From: Candidatus Fervidifonticultor sextus
GTDB taxonomy: Bacteria; Sysuimicrobiota; Sysuimicrobiia; Sysuimicrobiales; Humicultoraceae
Direction of reading: 5' to 3'
Assembly (NCBI GenBank): GCA_031459875.1
Contig: JAVKHQ010000001.1
Location: 128,001-192,000, forward strand
Length of the DNA: 64,000 nucleotides
Position 1 is the stretch's first letter. The number at the start of each line of letters is the position of its first letter. The position numbers were made by a program, and so were the translations under genes. Below the pieces are notes generated by a model that made no database searches, was not told the origin of the DNA, and saw only the letters and a list, made by a program, of their open reading frames with translations. Positions 1 through 15,050 of this stretch are shown piece by piece.

Positions 1-210
1 GGCCGCCGCCGGCCCCACCGCCAGCGCGGTGACCTGTGCGCCGCCGCGGTCCTTGAGCTGGAGGGCCACCTCCAGCGCGTTCTCGTCGTACGTGGAGATC
101 ACCAGCGGTCGGCCCTCGCGGACCTGACGCTTCGTGGCGGGGTCGATGACGAAATCCCGCACCGGGAGTTCGGGGTCCACCACCTGTTTGAGACAGACGA
201 TGATGTCCAC
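1..210 (-). CDS. etfB: Electron transfer flavoprotein beta subunit (N-terminal part; runs off the window edge)
   Basis: Hand translation from GTG at 210: VDIIVCLKQVVDPELP...ISTYDENALEVALQLKD, the typical ETF-beta N-terminus; directly downstream of an acyl-CoA dehydrogenase. Confidence 0.9.
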   Translation of the reverse strand, partial: MDIIVCLKQVVDPELPVRDFVIDPATKRQVREGRPLVISTYDENALEVALQLKDRGGAQVTALAVGPAAA

Positions 211-221
211 GGGCCCTCCCC

Positions 222-1367
<1,146 letters not shown>

Positions 1368-1449
1368 GGCCGCCTCGCCACTCTTTCTTTTCTACTTCTT
1401 CGCGCTGGAAGGAACCCCCTCTCCCGCCGGTGTAGTGGAGCATGGGTGC

Positions 1450-2301
1450 ATGCTGGAGACCCTTATCGTGGTCCTGGTCGTCCTGGCTGCACTGGCCGCC
1501 GCCGGGGCGCTCGGGGTCTACCGACGACTCACCGGCCTTTGCCACCGTCTGGCGGAGCACATCCGGACGGCCGCGCCGGAGATGCGCGTCGACCTCACCG
1601 AGGCCGGCCTGGCGGTGCAGGTGCTCGGGACCCGCATCGAGGTGGACCTGCCCGTGCTGGCCCGCCGCCGACCGCGCGGGGTCGATGAGCGCGCGTGGTT
1701 CGATGCCATCGTCGCCGGCCTGAGATCCCGAGTCCCCATTCCGGATCCTCCGCCCTATCCCCTCGTGGCGGACCGGATTGTCCCGCACCTGAAACCGGCC
1801 GACTACGTCGAGGTCTTCGATCGCTACCCTCCCGGGCTGCGCCTGGCCTGGCGAGAGTTCGCGCCCGGCGTGGCCGTCATCTACGTCATCGCCGGGCTCC
1901 ACCGGTGGACGCTGGTGACCGCCGCGATGGCCCGTGCCTGGGGCCTCTCGCCCCAGGCGCTGCACGAGGTCGCCCTGGCAAACCTCCGGGCGCAGACGGT
2001 GAGGATGCTCGCCGAGGTGGGCGGCCCGCAGCGCCGCTACGAGCACCTGGACGGGTTCGATGCGGCGCGAATCCTAGCCGCCGACCTGGTCGTACCGCCC
2101 GACGTGGCCGACCCGCTCGTGGCGATCCCCGAAGAGACGGTCCTCTGGATCGGGCCGGCTTCGGAGCGCAGCGCGCTGGCCGACCAGGCCCGGGCGCGGT
2201 TTCAGACGTCGAGCCGCCCCCTGACGCCGCACCTCTACCGCCTGACGCCGGCCGGCGCGGTGGAAGCCGACTCCGCCGGAGCCGGTCCCGGAGTCCGTTA
2301 G
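1450..2301 (+). CDS. Membrane-anchored hypothetical protein, C-terminal region resembling DUF1444/YtpQ
   Basis: N-terminal hydrophobic helix; 'WGLSPQALHEVALANL', 'DGFDAARIL', 'LVAIPEET' resemble DUF1444-type motifs. Confidence 0.55.
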   Translation: MLETLIVVLVVLAALAAAGALGVYRRLTGLCHRLAEHIRTAAPEMRVDLTEAGLAVQVLGTRIEVDLPVLARRRPRGVDERAWFDAIVAGLRSRVPIPDPPPYPLVADRIVPHLKPADYVEVFDRYPPGLRLAWREFAPGVAVIYVIAGLHRWTLVTAAMARAWGLSPQALHEVALANLRAQTVRMLAEVGGPQRRYEHLDGFDAARILAADLVVPPDVADPLVAIPEETVLWIGPASERSALADQARARFQTSSRPLTPHLYRLTPAGAVEADSAGAGPGVR

Positions 2302-2318
2302 GGCGCCGGCCCCAGGGG

Positions 2319-4070
2319 TCAGCGCGAGCCCGTCCGGTAGTACCGCCACTCCAGCCGGCCGGTGGCGCCCTGCAGGCCCAGCCGCGTGTTGCCCAGCGTG
2401 TTGCGGACCACCGGCTGGGTCTTGGGGGTGGTGAAGAACATCACCGGCACCTGCTCGGCGACGATCTCCTGCCACCGCCAGTACAGGGCGCGGCGTCTGT
2501 CGGGGTCCACCTCCCGCGCCACCTGCTCGAAGATCCGGTCGATCTCGGCCTCCCACGCGGTGGCCGGCCTCGCCTGCCGCGGGTTCCAGTCGTGCAGGCT
2601 GCCCGAACTCATCCAGTACGTCCGCGCGGTCCCCGGCTCGATGTCTCCGGTCAGCCCGATGATGATCGCGTCCCACGTAAAGGTGTTGTCCAGTTTGGTG
2701 ACCAACGTGCTGAAGGGCTCGGGGGTGAACAGGACCCTGATGCCGAGCCGGGTGAAGTCCTGCCGGACGATGTTGCCGATGGCCACCCCGTCGGGACTCT
2801 GGGCGCTCGTGGAGAGGACAAACTCCACCGCCGTGCCCGCAGCGTCGCGCAGGACCCCGTCGGCGCCCTTGCGGTAGCCGGCCTCCTCCAGCAGCCGCTG
2901 GGCGCGGGCGAGGTCGTACGGATACCGGGGGAGGTTCGGGTGGTAGTAGCGCCGGTTGGCGATGCTCACCGGGCTCCAGGCGGGCGTGGCGCGGCCGGCG
3001 TAGACCTGGCGCACGATCGTGTCCCGGTCGATGGCATGGTTCAGGGCCCGGCGGAACCGGACATCCTGGAACCAGGTGAGTTTGGGCGGCCGGATCCCCC
3101 GGGGATTCTGGTTGAACACGAGGTACTCTAAAGAGAAGGTCTCCGGCCCGTCGTAGATGGTGTAGTTGCCGGCCCGCTCGCCCTGCTTGAACTCCGCGTA
3201 CTCGCGCGGGCGCGCGTTGTACAGATCGATCTCCCCCGAGAGGAACTTCAACTTCTCGGCGTCCACGTTGGGCACGATCTGCAGGACCACCCGGTCCAGG
3301 TAGGGCAGGCGCCCCCCGGCCCGATCCACGCGCCAGTAGTGGGGGTTGCGCCCGTAGGTCACGCGCTGTCCGAAGACGTACGACTGCATGACGAAGGGCC
3401 CCGTGCCCACGATCTCGTGGGGGGGCGTGTTCACGGCCCAGGCCGCGTTGAACTTTCCGGCACCGCCGGCCAGCGCGGCCTGGAGTTTGTGCCTGGGGAT
3501 GATGACGAGATCCTGCAGGAGGCGCAGAAAGAAGCCGAGGGGTTCGTCGCTGACGAACGCGATGCGCCGGTCGTCCACCCGGCGCCACCGCACCGGCTTG
3601 CCGCCGAACGTCAGCAGGTCCACCGTCGTGCTCTGCACCCCCCTGGTGAAGACGGCCTGGAGGCTGAACAGCACGTCGTCGATGGTCAGGGGCCGGCCGT
3701 CCGACCAGCGGATGCCCTGGCGCAGGGTGAAGGTCCAGGTGCGGTGGTCGCCAGATAGCGTCCAGGACTCGGCCAGCGCGGGCTCGATCTCGCCGGTGAG
3801 GTAGTTGCTCTCCACCAGCCCCTCGAAGATCGGTCCGAGGACCCTGCCGGTCGAGGCGTCGGTCACGATCACGGGGTTGAAGGTCCGCGGCTCGCTCACC
3901 TGGGCGTCGACCAGCGTTCCGCCGTACCGGCCAATCTCCGGCGCGTCGACGGCCACTTTGGGATGGGGGATGCCGGGGAGGGTGATCCTGCGGTCTGGCC
4001 CGGTCGCTGAGACCCCGGCGGCCAGCAGCATCGGCATCACAACCACAAGACACACCGGGAAGGTTCGCAT
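2319..4070 (-). CDS. ABC transporter peptide/nickel-type substrate-binding protein (family 5)
   Basis: Signal peptide; EPRTFNP, PALAESW, LRQGIRWSDGRPLT, GTGPF, FRRALNHAIDR motifs. Confidence 0.92.
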   Translation of the reverse strand: MRTFPVCLVVVMPMLLAAGVSATGPDRRITLPGIPHPKVAVDAPEIGRYGGTLVDAQVSEPRTFNPVIVTDASTGRVLGPIFEGLVESNYLTGEIEPALAESWTLSGDHRTWTFTLRQGIRWSDGRPLTIDDVLFSLQAVFTRGVQSTTVDLLTFGGKPVRWRRVDDRRIAFVSDEPLGFFLRLLQDLVIIPRHKLQAALAGGAGKFNAAWAVNTPPHEIVGTGPFVMQSYVFGQRVTYGRNPHYWRVDRAGGRLPYLDRVVLQIVPNVDAEKLKFLSGEIDLYNARPREYAEFKQGERAGNYTIYDGPETFSLEYLVFNQNPRGIRPPKLTWFQDVRFRRALNHAIDRDTIVRQVYAGRATPAWSPVSIANRRYYHPNLPRYPYDLARAQRLLEEAGYRKGADGVLRDAAGTAVEFVLSTSAQSPDGVAIGNIVRQDFTRLGIRVLFTPEPFSTLVTKLDNTFTWDAIIIGLTGDIEPGTARTYWMSSGSLHDWNPRQARPATAWEAEIDRIFEQVAREVDPDRRRALYWRWQEIVAEQVPVMFFTTPKTQPVVRNTLGNTRLGLQGATGRLEWRYYRTGSR

Positions 4071-4128
4071 CGGGACTTCCAGAGGATTCCGCCTGGCGCA
4101 AAGAGTCGGCAGGGGGTGCAGGACCGCG

Positions 4129-4977
4129 CTACCCGTACTCGTAGAACCCCCGGCCCGTCTTCCTCCCCCACCATCCGGCCACGACCATCTGCTTGAGCAG
4201 CGGCGGCGGCGCGTAGCGCGCGTCCTTGAACTCCTGGAACATGGCCTCGGCAATATAGTAGGTGGTGTCCAGGCCCACGAAGTCCAGCAGCGTCAGCGGC
4301 CCCATGGGATGGCCCAGGCCGAGCGTGATCGCCGCGTCGATGTCCTCCTTCGAGGCCACGCCCAGTTCGAGCGCCCGAATCGCATCCAGCAGGTAGGGGA
4401 CCAGCAGGCGGTTGACGATGAACCCGGGGGTGTCTTTCGCCACCACGACCGTCTTGCCCAGGGACTGGGCGAACTCACGCATGCGGCCGACCACCTCATC
4501 GGACGTGGTCAACCCGCGTACCACCTCCACCAGCGGCATCACCGGGACCGGATTGAAGAAGTGCAGCCCGACCACCCGATCGGCCCGGCGGGTGGCGGCA
4601 GCCATCTCGGTGATGGACAGCGACGATGTGTTGCTGGCGAAGATCACCTCTCGCCCCAGGCGCCGGTCCAGGTCCGCCAACAGCGCCTTCTTGTCGTCCA
4701 TCTTCTCGACGATGGCCTCGATGATCAGGTCCGCGCCGGCCAGGTCGTCCAGGGAGGTCGTCCCGCGGATGCGCGTTCGGGCGGCGTCGCGGGCCGCCGC
4801 ATCCAGCTTGCCGCGCTCCACGGCGCGGCGCATCGAGGCCTCGATGCGCTCCAGGCCCTTCTGCAGCAGATCTCCGGTGAGTTCCCGCACCACGACCTCG
4901 TATCCGGCGCGGGCCACGGACTCCGCGATGCCGGACCCCATCAACCCGCACCCCACCACACCCACCCGACGGATCAT
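4129..4977 (-). CDS. hbd: 3-hydroxybutyryl-CoA dehydrogenase
   Basis: GCGLMGSGIA, ASNTSSLSI, GLHFFNP, PGFIVNRLL, GRKTGRGFYEY. Confidence 0.93.
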   Translation of the reverse strand: MIRRVGVVGCGLMGSGIAESVARAGYEVVVRELTGDLLQKGLERIEASMRRAVERGKLDAAARDAARTRIRGTTSLDDLAGADLIIEAIVEKMDDKKALLADLDRRLGREVIFASNTSSLSITEMAAATRRADRVVGLHFFNPVPVMPLVEVVRGLTTSDEVVGRMREFAQSLGKTVVVAKDTPGFIVNRLLVPYLLDAIRALELGVASKEDIDAAITLGLGHPMGPLTLLDFVGLDTTYYIAEAMFQEFKDARYAPPPLLKQMVVAGWWGRKTGRGFYEYG

Positions 4978-6314
4978 TGGCTCCTCCTCCCGTGCGCCCG
5001 GTCTTGCTCCCGGATCACCGCCCGGACCAGGGGCGGGGGCGCCGGCGGCGACTCGGCGATGCCAAACGCCGCCGCCACCTCGCGGGCGGCTACGCCGCCG
5101 GTCTCCTCGTCCCGCGCGTGGACCGTGGCCAGGGACTCCCCACGGCCCACAGAGTCACCCACGGTGCGCTCGATGATGATCCCCACGGCGGGATCGATGG
5201 CGTCGCCTTTCTTCGCCCGGCCCGCGCCCAGGCGCATGGCCGCCAGGCCCACCCCCGTTGCGTCGATCCCCGCCACGACGCCCGCGGCCGGGGACGGCAC
5301 CGGCACCCGGACCGGCGCCTGGGGCAGGCGGTCAGGATGGTCGACGACCGACGGATCGCCGCCCTGCGCGCGGACCATGGCGGTAAACTTCGACAACGCC
5401 TCCCCGCCGCGCAGCCGGCGCGCCAGGTCCGCCTGGCCCTCCTCCGGGGTCCTGGCCTTCCCGCCGAGGACCAGCATCCACCCCCCCAGCGTCAGGCAGA
5501 GGGCCTCCAGGTCCGGCGGGCCGTCTGCGCGAAGCGTCGCGATCGCTTCGGCCACCTCCAGCGCGTTGCCCACCGCACGGCCCAACGGGTGATCCATGCC
5601 GCTGATGACCGCCACCGTCCGTCGCCCGGCGGTCCGGCCGATCTCGACCATCGTCAGAGCCAGCGACCGCGCGTCGTCTTCGGTCTTCATGAAGGCGCCG
5701 CGCCCGCACTTGACGTCCAGCAGGATAGACCCGGCTCCGGCCGCCAGCTTCTTGGACATGATGCTGGCCGCGATGAGCGGAACGCTGTCCACCGTGCCGG
5801 TGACGTCCCGCAGCGCATAGAGTTTTCCGTCCGCCGGCACCAGCGTGGGGCTCTGCCCGGCGATCGCGCAGCCGATCTGCTCCACCTGCCTGAGAAACTC
5901 GGCCTCCGACAGATCGGTCCGACACCCGGGGATCGACTCCAGCTTGTCCAGGGTCCCACCGGTGTGCCCGAGGCCCCGGCCCGAGAGTTTGGGCACCACC
6001 ACCCCGGCCGCAGCCACCAGGGGGACCAGCACCAGCGAGGTCTTGTCGCCGACCCCGCCGCTGCTGTGCTTGTCTACGGCGCAGTCCCGCAGAGCCCCCA
6101 GGTCGACGGTCGTCCCGGACCGCACCATGGCCATGGTCAGCGCCGCGGTCTCCTCCAGCGTCATCCCGCGGATGCAGACCGCCATCAGGAAGGCGGCCAT
6201 CTGGTAGTCGGGGACGTCCCCCTCCATGAACCCGGCGATCAGCCCCTCGATCTCCTCGGGGGCGAGGGTCCCGCCGTGGCGCTTCCGCGTGATGAGATCG
6301 GAGACCCGCATCAC
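4974..6314 (-). CDS. pdp: Pyrimidine-nucleoside/thymidine phosphorylase
   Basis: DKHSSGGVGDK, KLSGRGLGHTGGTLDKLES, ASIMSKK. Confidence 0.95.
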   Translation of the reverse strand: MMRVSDLITRKRHGGTLAPEEIEGLIAGFMEGDVPDYQMAAFLMAVCIRGMTLEETAALTMAMVRSGTTVDLGALRDCAVDKHSSGGVGDKTSLVLVPLVAAAGVVVPKLSGRGLGHTGGTLDKLESIPGCRTDLSEAEFLRQVEQIGCAIAGQSPTLVPADGKLYALRDVTGTVDSVPLIAASIMSKKLAAGAGSILLDVKCGRGAFMKTEDDARSLALTMVEIGRTAGRRTVAVISGMDHPLGRAVGNALEVAEAIATLRADGPPDLEALCLTLGGWMLVLGGKARTPEEGQADLARRLRGGEALSKFTAMVRAQGGDPSVVDHPDRLPQAPVRVPVPSPAAGVVAGIDATGVGLAAMRLGAGRAKKGDAIDPAVGIIIERTVGDSVGRGESLATVHARDEETGGVAAREVAAAFGIAESPPAPPPLVRAVIREQDRAHGRRSQ

Positions 6315-7135
6315 CGGGGGAGCATCGCCACGATGCGTCGGACCAGGCGGACGAAGTCCGGTTCGATGCGCTTGGCGACAGCCAGCACGTCCTCGTGGGT
6401 CACCTTGACAGCGGCCTCGCCGGTCGCCAGGTCAGTGATGGCCGACAGCCCGAGCACGCGCATCCCGGCGTGCCGGGCCGCAATCACCTCGCCCACGGTG
6501 GACATCCCCACCGCATCTGCGCCCCATCGGGCCATCATGCGCAGTTCCGCAGGTGTCTCGTAGGAGGGGCCGGTCACCCCGATGTAGACCCCGGTCTGCA
6601 GGGGGATGCCCAGGTCCCGCGCGGCCCGCACGGCGACGGCGGCCAGTTCGGGGTCGTAGGGCTCGGACATGTCCGGAAAGCGCGGGCCGAGTGCGTCCTC
6701 GTTGGGCCCCACCAGAGGGTTCGCGCCTGTGAAGTTGATATGATCGGCGATCAGCATGAGGTCGCCGGGCCGGAAGAACCGGTTGAGCCCTCCGGCGGCG
6801 TTGGTCACAATCAGGGTGCGGGCGCCCAGCGCGTGCAGCGTCCGGACCGGGAATACGACCTCGGCCATGGTGTAGCCTTCGTAGAGGTGGGCGCGCCCCT
6901 GCAGGACGGCTGCGGGGCGGTCCTCCAGCGTCCCGATCACCAGACGCCCGCTGTGCCCCGGGACGCCCGGCCGCGGGAAGTGGGGGATCTCCGCGAACGG
7001 CACGACCGCGTCTGCGGCCACATGGTCTGCCAGCGCGCCGAGCCCGGACCCCAGGATGATCCCGACGTCAGGGATGCGGGTCGCCCGCTGCCGGATCGCG
7101 GCTGCAGCCTCCCGTGCGCGAGCTGCCCAGGTCAT
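6311..7135 (-). CDS. punA: Purine-nucleoside phosphorylase (trimeric type)
   Basis: GIILGSGLG, GRAHLYEGY, TNAAGG, GPSYETPAE, DAVGMST. Confidence 0.95.
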   Translation of the reverse strand: MTWAARAREAAAAIRQRATRIPDVGIILGSGLGALADHVAADAVVPFAEIPHFPRPGVPGHSGRLVIGTLEDRPAAVLQGRAHLYEGYTMAEVVFPVRTLHALGARTLIVTNAAGGLNRFFRPGDLMLIADHINFTGANPLVGPNEDALGPRFPDMSEPYDPELAAVAVRAARDLGIPLQTGVYIGVTGPSYETPAELRMMARWGADAVGMSTVGEVIAARHAGMRVLGLSAITDLATGEAAVKVTHEDVLAVAKRIEPDFVRLVRRIVAMLPR

Positions 7136-7201
7136 GGGTCCCTCCTGCCATCTATGGTGTTCGATGCGCGGCGGCCCGGGCCTACCGGACGACGGCCGCG
7201 C

Positions 7202-8365
7202 CTACTGCAGCGCCTCCCAGAAACTCTGGCCTGGCCCCGTCCAGCGCAGACCGAAGGCGTCGGCCACAGTGGCGCCGACGTCGGCGAAAGAGTCCCGCAC
7301 GCCGAGCCGACGCCCCGGGGCGAGGTGGGGCCGCCAGGCCAGCACCGGGACCTGCTCCCGGGAGTGGTCGGTGCTCGGGGTGGTCGGGTCATTGCCGTGG
7401 TCGGCGGTCACGATGGCCAGGTCGCCGGACGTGCAGACGTCCAGGAGCTCCGGGAGGCGCGCGTCGATGCGCTCCAGGTGCCGGGCGAATCCCTCGGGGT
7501 CGTTGCGGTGACCGTAGACCGTGTCCAGGTCCACTAAGGTGGTGAACACCAGGCCCCGCTCCAGCGTCCGCAACGCGGCGGCCGCCTGCTCAATCCCGTC
7601 CATGTCACCATGGGCCCGCACCGCACGCGTCAGGCCGCGCCCGGCGAAGAGGTCCTCGACCTTCCCGATGCCCACCACGGGGATGCCGTCGGCTACCAGC
7701 GCGTCCAGCACCGTGGGGCCGGTGGGCGGAAGGGAGAAGTCGCGCCGCCGATCGGTGCGCACGAACGCGCCGGGCGATCCGGCAAACGGCCGGGCGATGA
7801 CGCGGCTGACCCCCCACTCGCCCCGCAGGATCTCCCGCGCGGTCCGGCACCACGCGTAGAGTTGCTCGACCGGGACAACCTCCTCGTGGGCCGCGATCTG
7901 GAACACGCTGTCCGCCGAGGTGTAGACGATCGGGGAGCCGGTCCGCAGGTGCTCTTCGCCGAGGCGCTGGATGATCTCGGTGCCCGAGGCCGCCACGTTG
8001 CCCAGGACCGGTCGGCCGATGGCGGCCTCGAAGGCCCCGATGATCTCCTGGGGAAAGCCGTGGGGAAACGTCGGAAAGGGATGGGGGACGATGAGCCCCG
8101 CCAGTTCCCAGTGGCCGGTGGTGGAGTCCTTGCCGGCCGAGCGCTCCCGCAGCACGCCCACCGCCGCCTGGTGGTCGCTGGTCGGCCGCACGCCAAGGAT
8201 CGGCGCGAGGACGCCCAGCCCCAGGCGCTCCAGGGTCGGCAGCCGCAGCCCGCCCGCGGCGCGCGCGGTGTTGGCCAGCGTGTGGCTGCCCTCATCGCCG
8301 TAGTCCGCCGCGTCGGGAAGCGCGCCGATCCCGCACCCGTCGAGGACCAGGAGGAGCACGCGCAC
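7202..8365 (-). CDS. deoB: Phosphopentomutase
   Basis: VLDGCGIG...[39 protein letters not shown]. Confidence 0.96.
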   Translation of the reverse strand: MRVLLLVLDGCGIGALPDAADYGDEGSHTLANTARAAGGLRLPTLERLGLGVLAPILGVRPTSDHQAAVGVLRERSAGKDSTTGHWELAGLIVPHPFPTFPHGFPQEIIGAFEAAIGRPVLGNVAASGTEIIQRLGEEHLRTGSPIVYTSADSVFQIAAHEEVVPVEQLYAWCRTAREILRGEWGVSRVIARPFAGSPGAFVRTDRRRDFSLPPTGPTVLDALVADGIPVVGIGKVEDLFAGRGLTRAVRAHGDMDGIEQAAAALRTLERGLVFTTLVDLDTVYGHRNDPEGFARHLERIDARLPELLDVCTSGDLAIVTADHGNDPTTPSTDHSREQVPVLAWRPHLAPGRRLGVRDSFADVGATVADAFGLRWTGPGQSFWEALQ

Positions 8366-8368
8366 GGG

Positions 8369-9307
8369 CTATGGCCTCTCCCCTCGAAGCGCCATCCGGT
8401 CGCGGGGGTGCGCCCGACGGTAGACCTCGCGCAGGCGCGCGCGGCTCAGGTGGGTGTAGACCTGCGTGGTGGCGATGCTCGCGTGGCCCAGCATCTCCTG
8501 GACGGCGCGCAGGTCGGCCCCCCCGTCGAGCAGGTGGGTCGCGAAGGAGTGGCGCAGGGTGTGAGGCCCGATCGGTCGGCGGATGCCCGCCTGCGCCGCC
8601 GCGGTCTTCAGCAGGCGCCAGACGCTCTGCCGGCTGAGCCGGCCGCCCCGGCGGTTGAGGAACAGCGCCGCGCTGGGGCGCCGTCCGGCCAGGGCCGGAC
8701 GGGCGTGGACAAGGTAGCGCTGCAGCGCGCGCACGGCGGCGCTCCCGATCGGGACGATCCGTTCCTTGGAGCCCTTGCCCACACAGCGCACGTACTCGAC
8801 CCCGAGGTGGACGTCGCCCACATCGAGCCCCACGAGTTCGCCGACGCGCAGCCCGGCCGCGTAGAGGAGTTCCAGGATGGCGCGGTCCCGCACCGCCTGG
8901 GGGCCGTCGCCCCGGGGCTGCGCCAGGAGCTGCTCGACCTCCTGCACCGTCAGGACATCGGGCAGACGCCGGGGCCGGCGCGCCGGCGCCACGTCGGCCG
9001 CCGGGTCGTCGGCGATCAGGGCTTCCCGCAGCAGGAACCTCGTCCAGCCCCGGATGGCGGCCAGCCGGCGCGCGGTTGAACTGGGCGCGAGCCCTCTGCG
9101 GCGCAGGTGGAGCAGATAGAGGGTGATGGTGGCCCGGTGGATCCCCTCGGGCCCGGCAAGCCCGCGGCGTGCCGCAAAGGTGATGAAGTCGCTCAGGTCG
9201 CGCGCGTAGGCGTCCACGGTGTGGCGGGCCAGCCCGCGCTCGCTCACGGCGTACGCGAGATACGCCTCGAGCGCCGCCGCCAGGGCCGGTGGATGTTCCG
9301 CAGGCAT
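8369..9307 (-). CDS. xerD: Site-specific tyrosine recombinase XerD
   Basis: LYAAGLRVGEL, GKGSKERIVP, HTLRHSFATHLL, LGHASIATTQVY; canonical nudF-xerD-deoB order. Confidence 0.93.
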   Translation of the reverse strand: MPAEHPPALAAALEAYLAYAVSERGLARHTVDAYARDLSDFITFAARRGLAGPEGIHRATITLYLLHLRRRGLAPSSTARRLAAIRGWTRFLLREALIADDPAADVAPARRPRRLPDVLTVQEVEQLLAQPRGDGPQAVRDRAILELLYAAGLRVGELVGLDVGDVHLGVEYVRCVGKGSKERIVPIGSAAVRALQRYLVHARPALAGRRPSAALFLNRRGGRLSRQSVWRLLKTAAAQAGIRRPIGPHTLRHSFATHLLDGGADLRAVQEMLGHASIATTQVYTHLSRARLREVYRRAHPRDRMALRGERP

Positions 9308-9308
9308 C

Positions 9309-9845
9309 TCACCGACGGGTGAGCAGGAGCAGCCCGATTAGCGTCTTCGCGTCCCTCACCTCGCCGGCGTCGATCAACGCCGGGATCTGCCCGAGCGGCA
9401 CGCGGACGGTGTGCAGCCCTTCCTCCTCTTCGGGCAGGGCCTGCGCCGCCGGCCTCAACCCGCGCGCCAGGAAAACGGTGATCTGCTCGGTGAGCACCCC
9501 GGGCGAGGGGACAAACGTCACCATGGGCGTCATGGCGTCGGCCTGCAGGCCGGTCTCCTCGGCCAGTTCCCGCCGCGCGCAGTCCAGCGGCGTCTCGCCG
9601 GGCTCCAGCGTCCCGGCCGGGATCTCCAGCAGGGTCGTCTCCACCGCCTTCCGGTACTGTCGGACAAAGACGACCTCGTCCTGGTCGGTCACGGCGACAA
9701 TCGCCGCGGCGCCGGGGTGCTCGACGATCTCGCGCACCCCGATCCGTCCGCCGGGTCCCCGGACCTCGTCGACCCGCAGGGTCACCACCCGGCCGCGGTA
9801 GATCAGCCGCGACCCGACGGTCGGCTCCGCGCCTAGCGGTTCCAT
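9309..9845 (-). CDS. nudF: NUDIX hydrolase (ADP-ribose pyrophosphatase)
   Basis: REIVEHPGAAAIV, RQYR, LEIPAG...ARRELAEETG Nudix box. Confidence 0.9.
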   Translation of the reverse strand: MEPLGAEPTVGSRLIYRGRVVTLRVDEVRGPGGRIGVREIVEHPGAAAIVAVTDQDEVVFVRQYRKAVETTLLEIPAGTLEPGETPLDCARRELAEETGLQADAMTPMVTFVPSPGVLTEQITVFLARGLRPAAQALPEEEEGLHTVRVPLGQIPALIDAGEVRDAKTLIGLLLLTRR

Positions 9846-9847
9846 GC

Positions 9848-10741
9848 CTAGCGCGGCACGTGGTGGACGCCCACCGGCGTCCCCGTGCGCCGGGCCAGGT
9901 CGCGGAAGGCCTCGTTCAACCGCCGGGTGATCTGTCCGGGACGGCCGTCGCCAATCGGGCGGCCGTCTGCGTCCACGACCGGCGCCACCTCGGCGCCGGT
10001 CCCGGTCAGGAAGCACTCGTCGGCGGTGTAGAGGTCGTGGAGGGTCAGGATCGCCTCCTCGGCCGGAATGCCCAACTGGCGCGCCAGGTCCAGCACGGTG
10101 TCGCGGGTGATCCCCTTGAGCAGGCCCAGGTGCGCCGCCGGGGTGCGGACCACGCCGCCCTTGACCAGGAAGATGTTGTCGGCGCTGCACTCGCAGAGGT
10201 ATCCGTCTGCGGTGAGCAGCAGCGCCTCCTCCACGCCGGCCCGGTTGGCCTCGAGGCGGGCCAGGATGTTGTTGAGGTAGTTGAGGGACTTGACCCGGCC
10301 GTTGAGGGCATCGGGGGCCGGCCGGCGCACGCTGGCCGTCACCACGCGCAGCCCGCGCTCGTAGGCCTCCTTCGGATACAGCCGGATGGCGTCCACGATG
10401 ATGACCACCGTGGCGCCAGCGCACTTGCGGGGATCGATTCCCAGGTCGCCGGGCCCGCGGCTGACCACCGGCCGGACGTAGGCGTCCTGCAGGCCGCTGG
10501 CCCGCACGGTGGCCATGATCGCATCGCGCATCTCCTCACGCGACAGCGGGATCTCCAGCAGGATGGCCCGGGCCGACTCGTAGAGCCGGTCCAGGTGCTC
10601 CTCCAGCTTGAAGATACGGCCGTCGTAGACGCGGATGCCCTCGAAGACCCCGTCGCCGTAGAGGAACCCGTGGTCGTACACCGAGACGGTCGCCTCCTCC
10701 TTCGAGGTGATCCGTCCGTTGACGTAGACTGCTGCGGTCAT
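9848..10741 (-). CDS. ilvE: Branched-chain amino acid aminotransferase
   Basis: DHGFLYGDGVFEG, KSLNYLNN, LKGITR, FLTGTGAEV. Confidence 0.95.
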   Translation of the reverse strand: MTAAVYVNGRITSKEEATVSVYDHGFLYGDGVFEGIRVYDGRIFKLEEHLDRLYESARAILLEIPLSREEMRDAIMATVRASGLQDAYVRPVVSRGPGDLGIDPRKCAGATVVIIVDAIRLYPKEAYERGLRVVTASVRRPAPDALNGRVKSLNYLNNILARLEANRAGVEEALLLTADGYLCECSADNIFLVKGGVVRTPAAHLGLLKGITRDTVLDLARQLGIPAEEAILTLHDLYTADECFLTGTGAEVAPVVDADGRPIGDGRPGQITRRLNEAFRDLARRTGTPVGVHHVPR

Positions 10742-10799
10742 CTCGTCCCTCCTGTTCGTCTCCCGGCACAGCCATCCGCGCAGCGGTTGTGGGGGTGGG

Positions 10800-14183
<3,384 letters not shown>

Positions 14184-14184
<1 letters not shown>

Positions 14185-15050
14185 CAGCGCTCCCCCCACC
14201 CAAGCTTGGTGCGCAGGATGCTGTAGAAGCTGGGCGGCCGCAGCCGGACCAGCCGCGTGCGCGCTGCCGCGCGCCGGACGACGACGCGGTCGCCGGCCAT
14301 CAGCGGGTGGCTCTCCTGGCCGTCGACGCTCAGGCAGACCTCTTCGCCGGGGGCGGCGGCCTCGACGGCCACATCCGCCGCCCCGGAGACCACCACGGGC
14401 CTGGCCGTAAAGGTGTGCGGGCAGATGGGGGTCACAATGATGACGTCCACCTGGGGATGGACGATGGGGCCGCCAGCCGAGAGCGAGTAGGCCGTCGAGC
14501 CCGTCGGGGTTGCCACGATCACCCCGTCGGCCGGATACGTGGCCAGGTGCTCCCCCGAGACCCAGGTGGACACCCGGATGACCCGGGCCACACCGGTCTT
14601 GGCCACGACCATGTCGTTGAGGGCCAGCATGCGCCCCCGCGTCCCCTCCGACCCCGTGATCTCCGCTTCGAGCATCGCGCGTTCGTCGAGCACCGCGCGG
14701 TCGTCGAGCACGTCGCCGATGCGGTCGGGGAGGTCGCTGAGGGGCAGTTCGGCCAGGAACCCGAATCCCCCCAGGTTCACCCCGAGGATCGGCACCCGCC
14801 CGGCGGCCAGACGCGCCGCCGAGAGGATCGTCCCGTCGCCGCCGCAGACGATCAGCAGTCCGCCGTCTTCCACCAGCGCCGCGTCGGAGGCGGCAAGGTC
14901 CGGACGCCCGGCGGCTTCGGCCCCTGCGGCGTTCAACCTCACCGCCACCCCGCGGGCGGCCAGGGCGTCGAGCGTCCGTCGCAGGAGCCCCGGGGCGCCC
15001 GCGTAGGCCGCGAAACGGTGCCGGTTGACGAGGATCGCCACGCGGTTCAC
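14184..15050 (-). CDS. nadK: NAD kinase
   Basis: GGDGT, GVNLGGFGFL, ALND, ATPTGSTAYSLSAGG. Confidence 0.95.

Noticed and set aside
8369..9307. Tyrosine recombinase as the integrase of the accessory island
   Set aside because: It is housekeeping XerD in its canonical nudF-xerD-deoB context, far from the island
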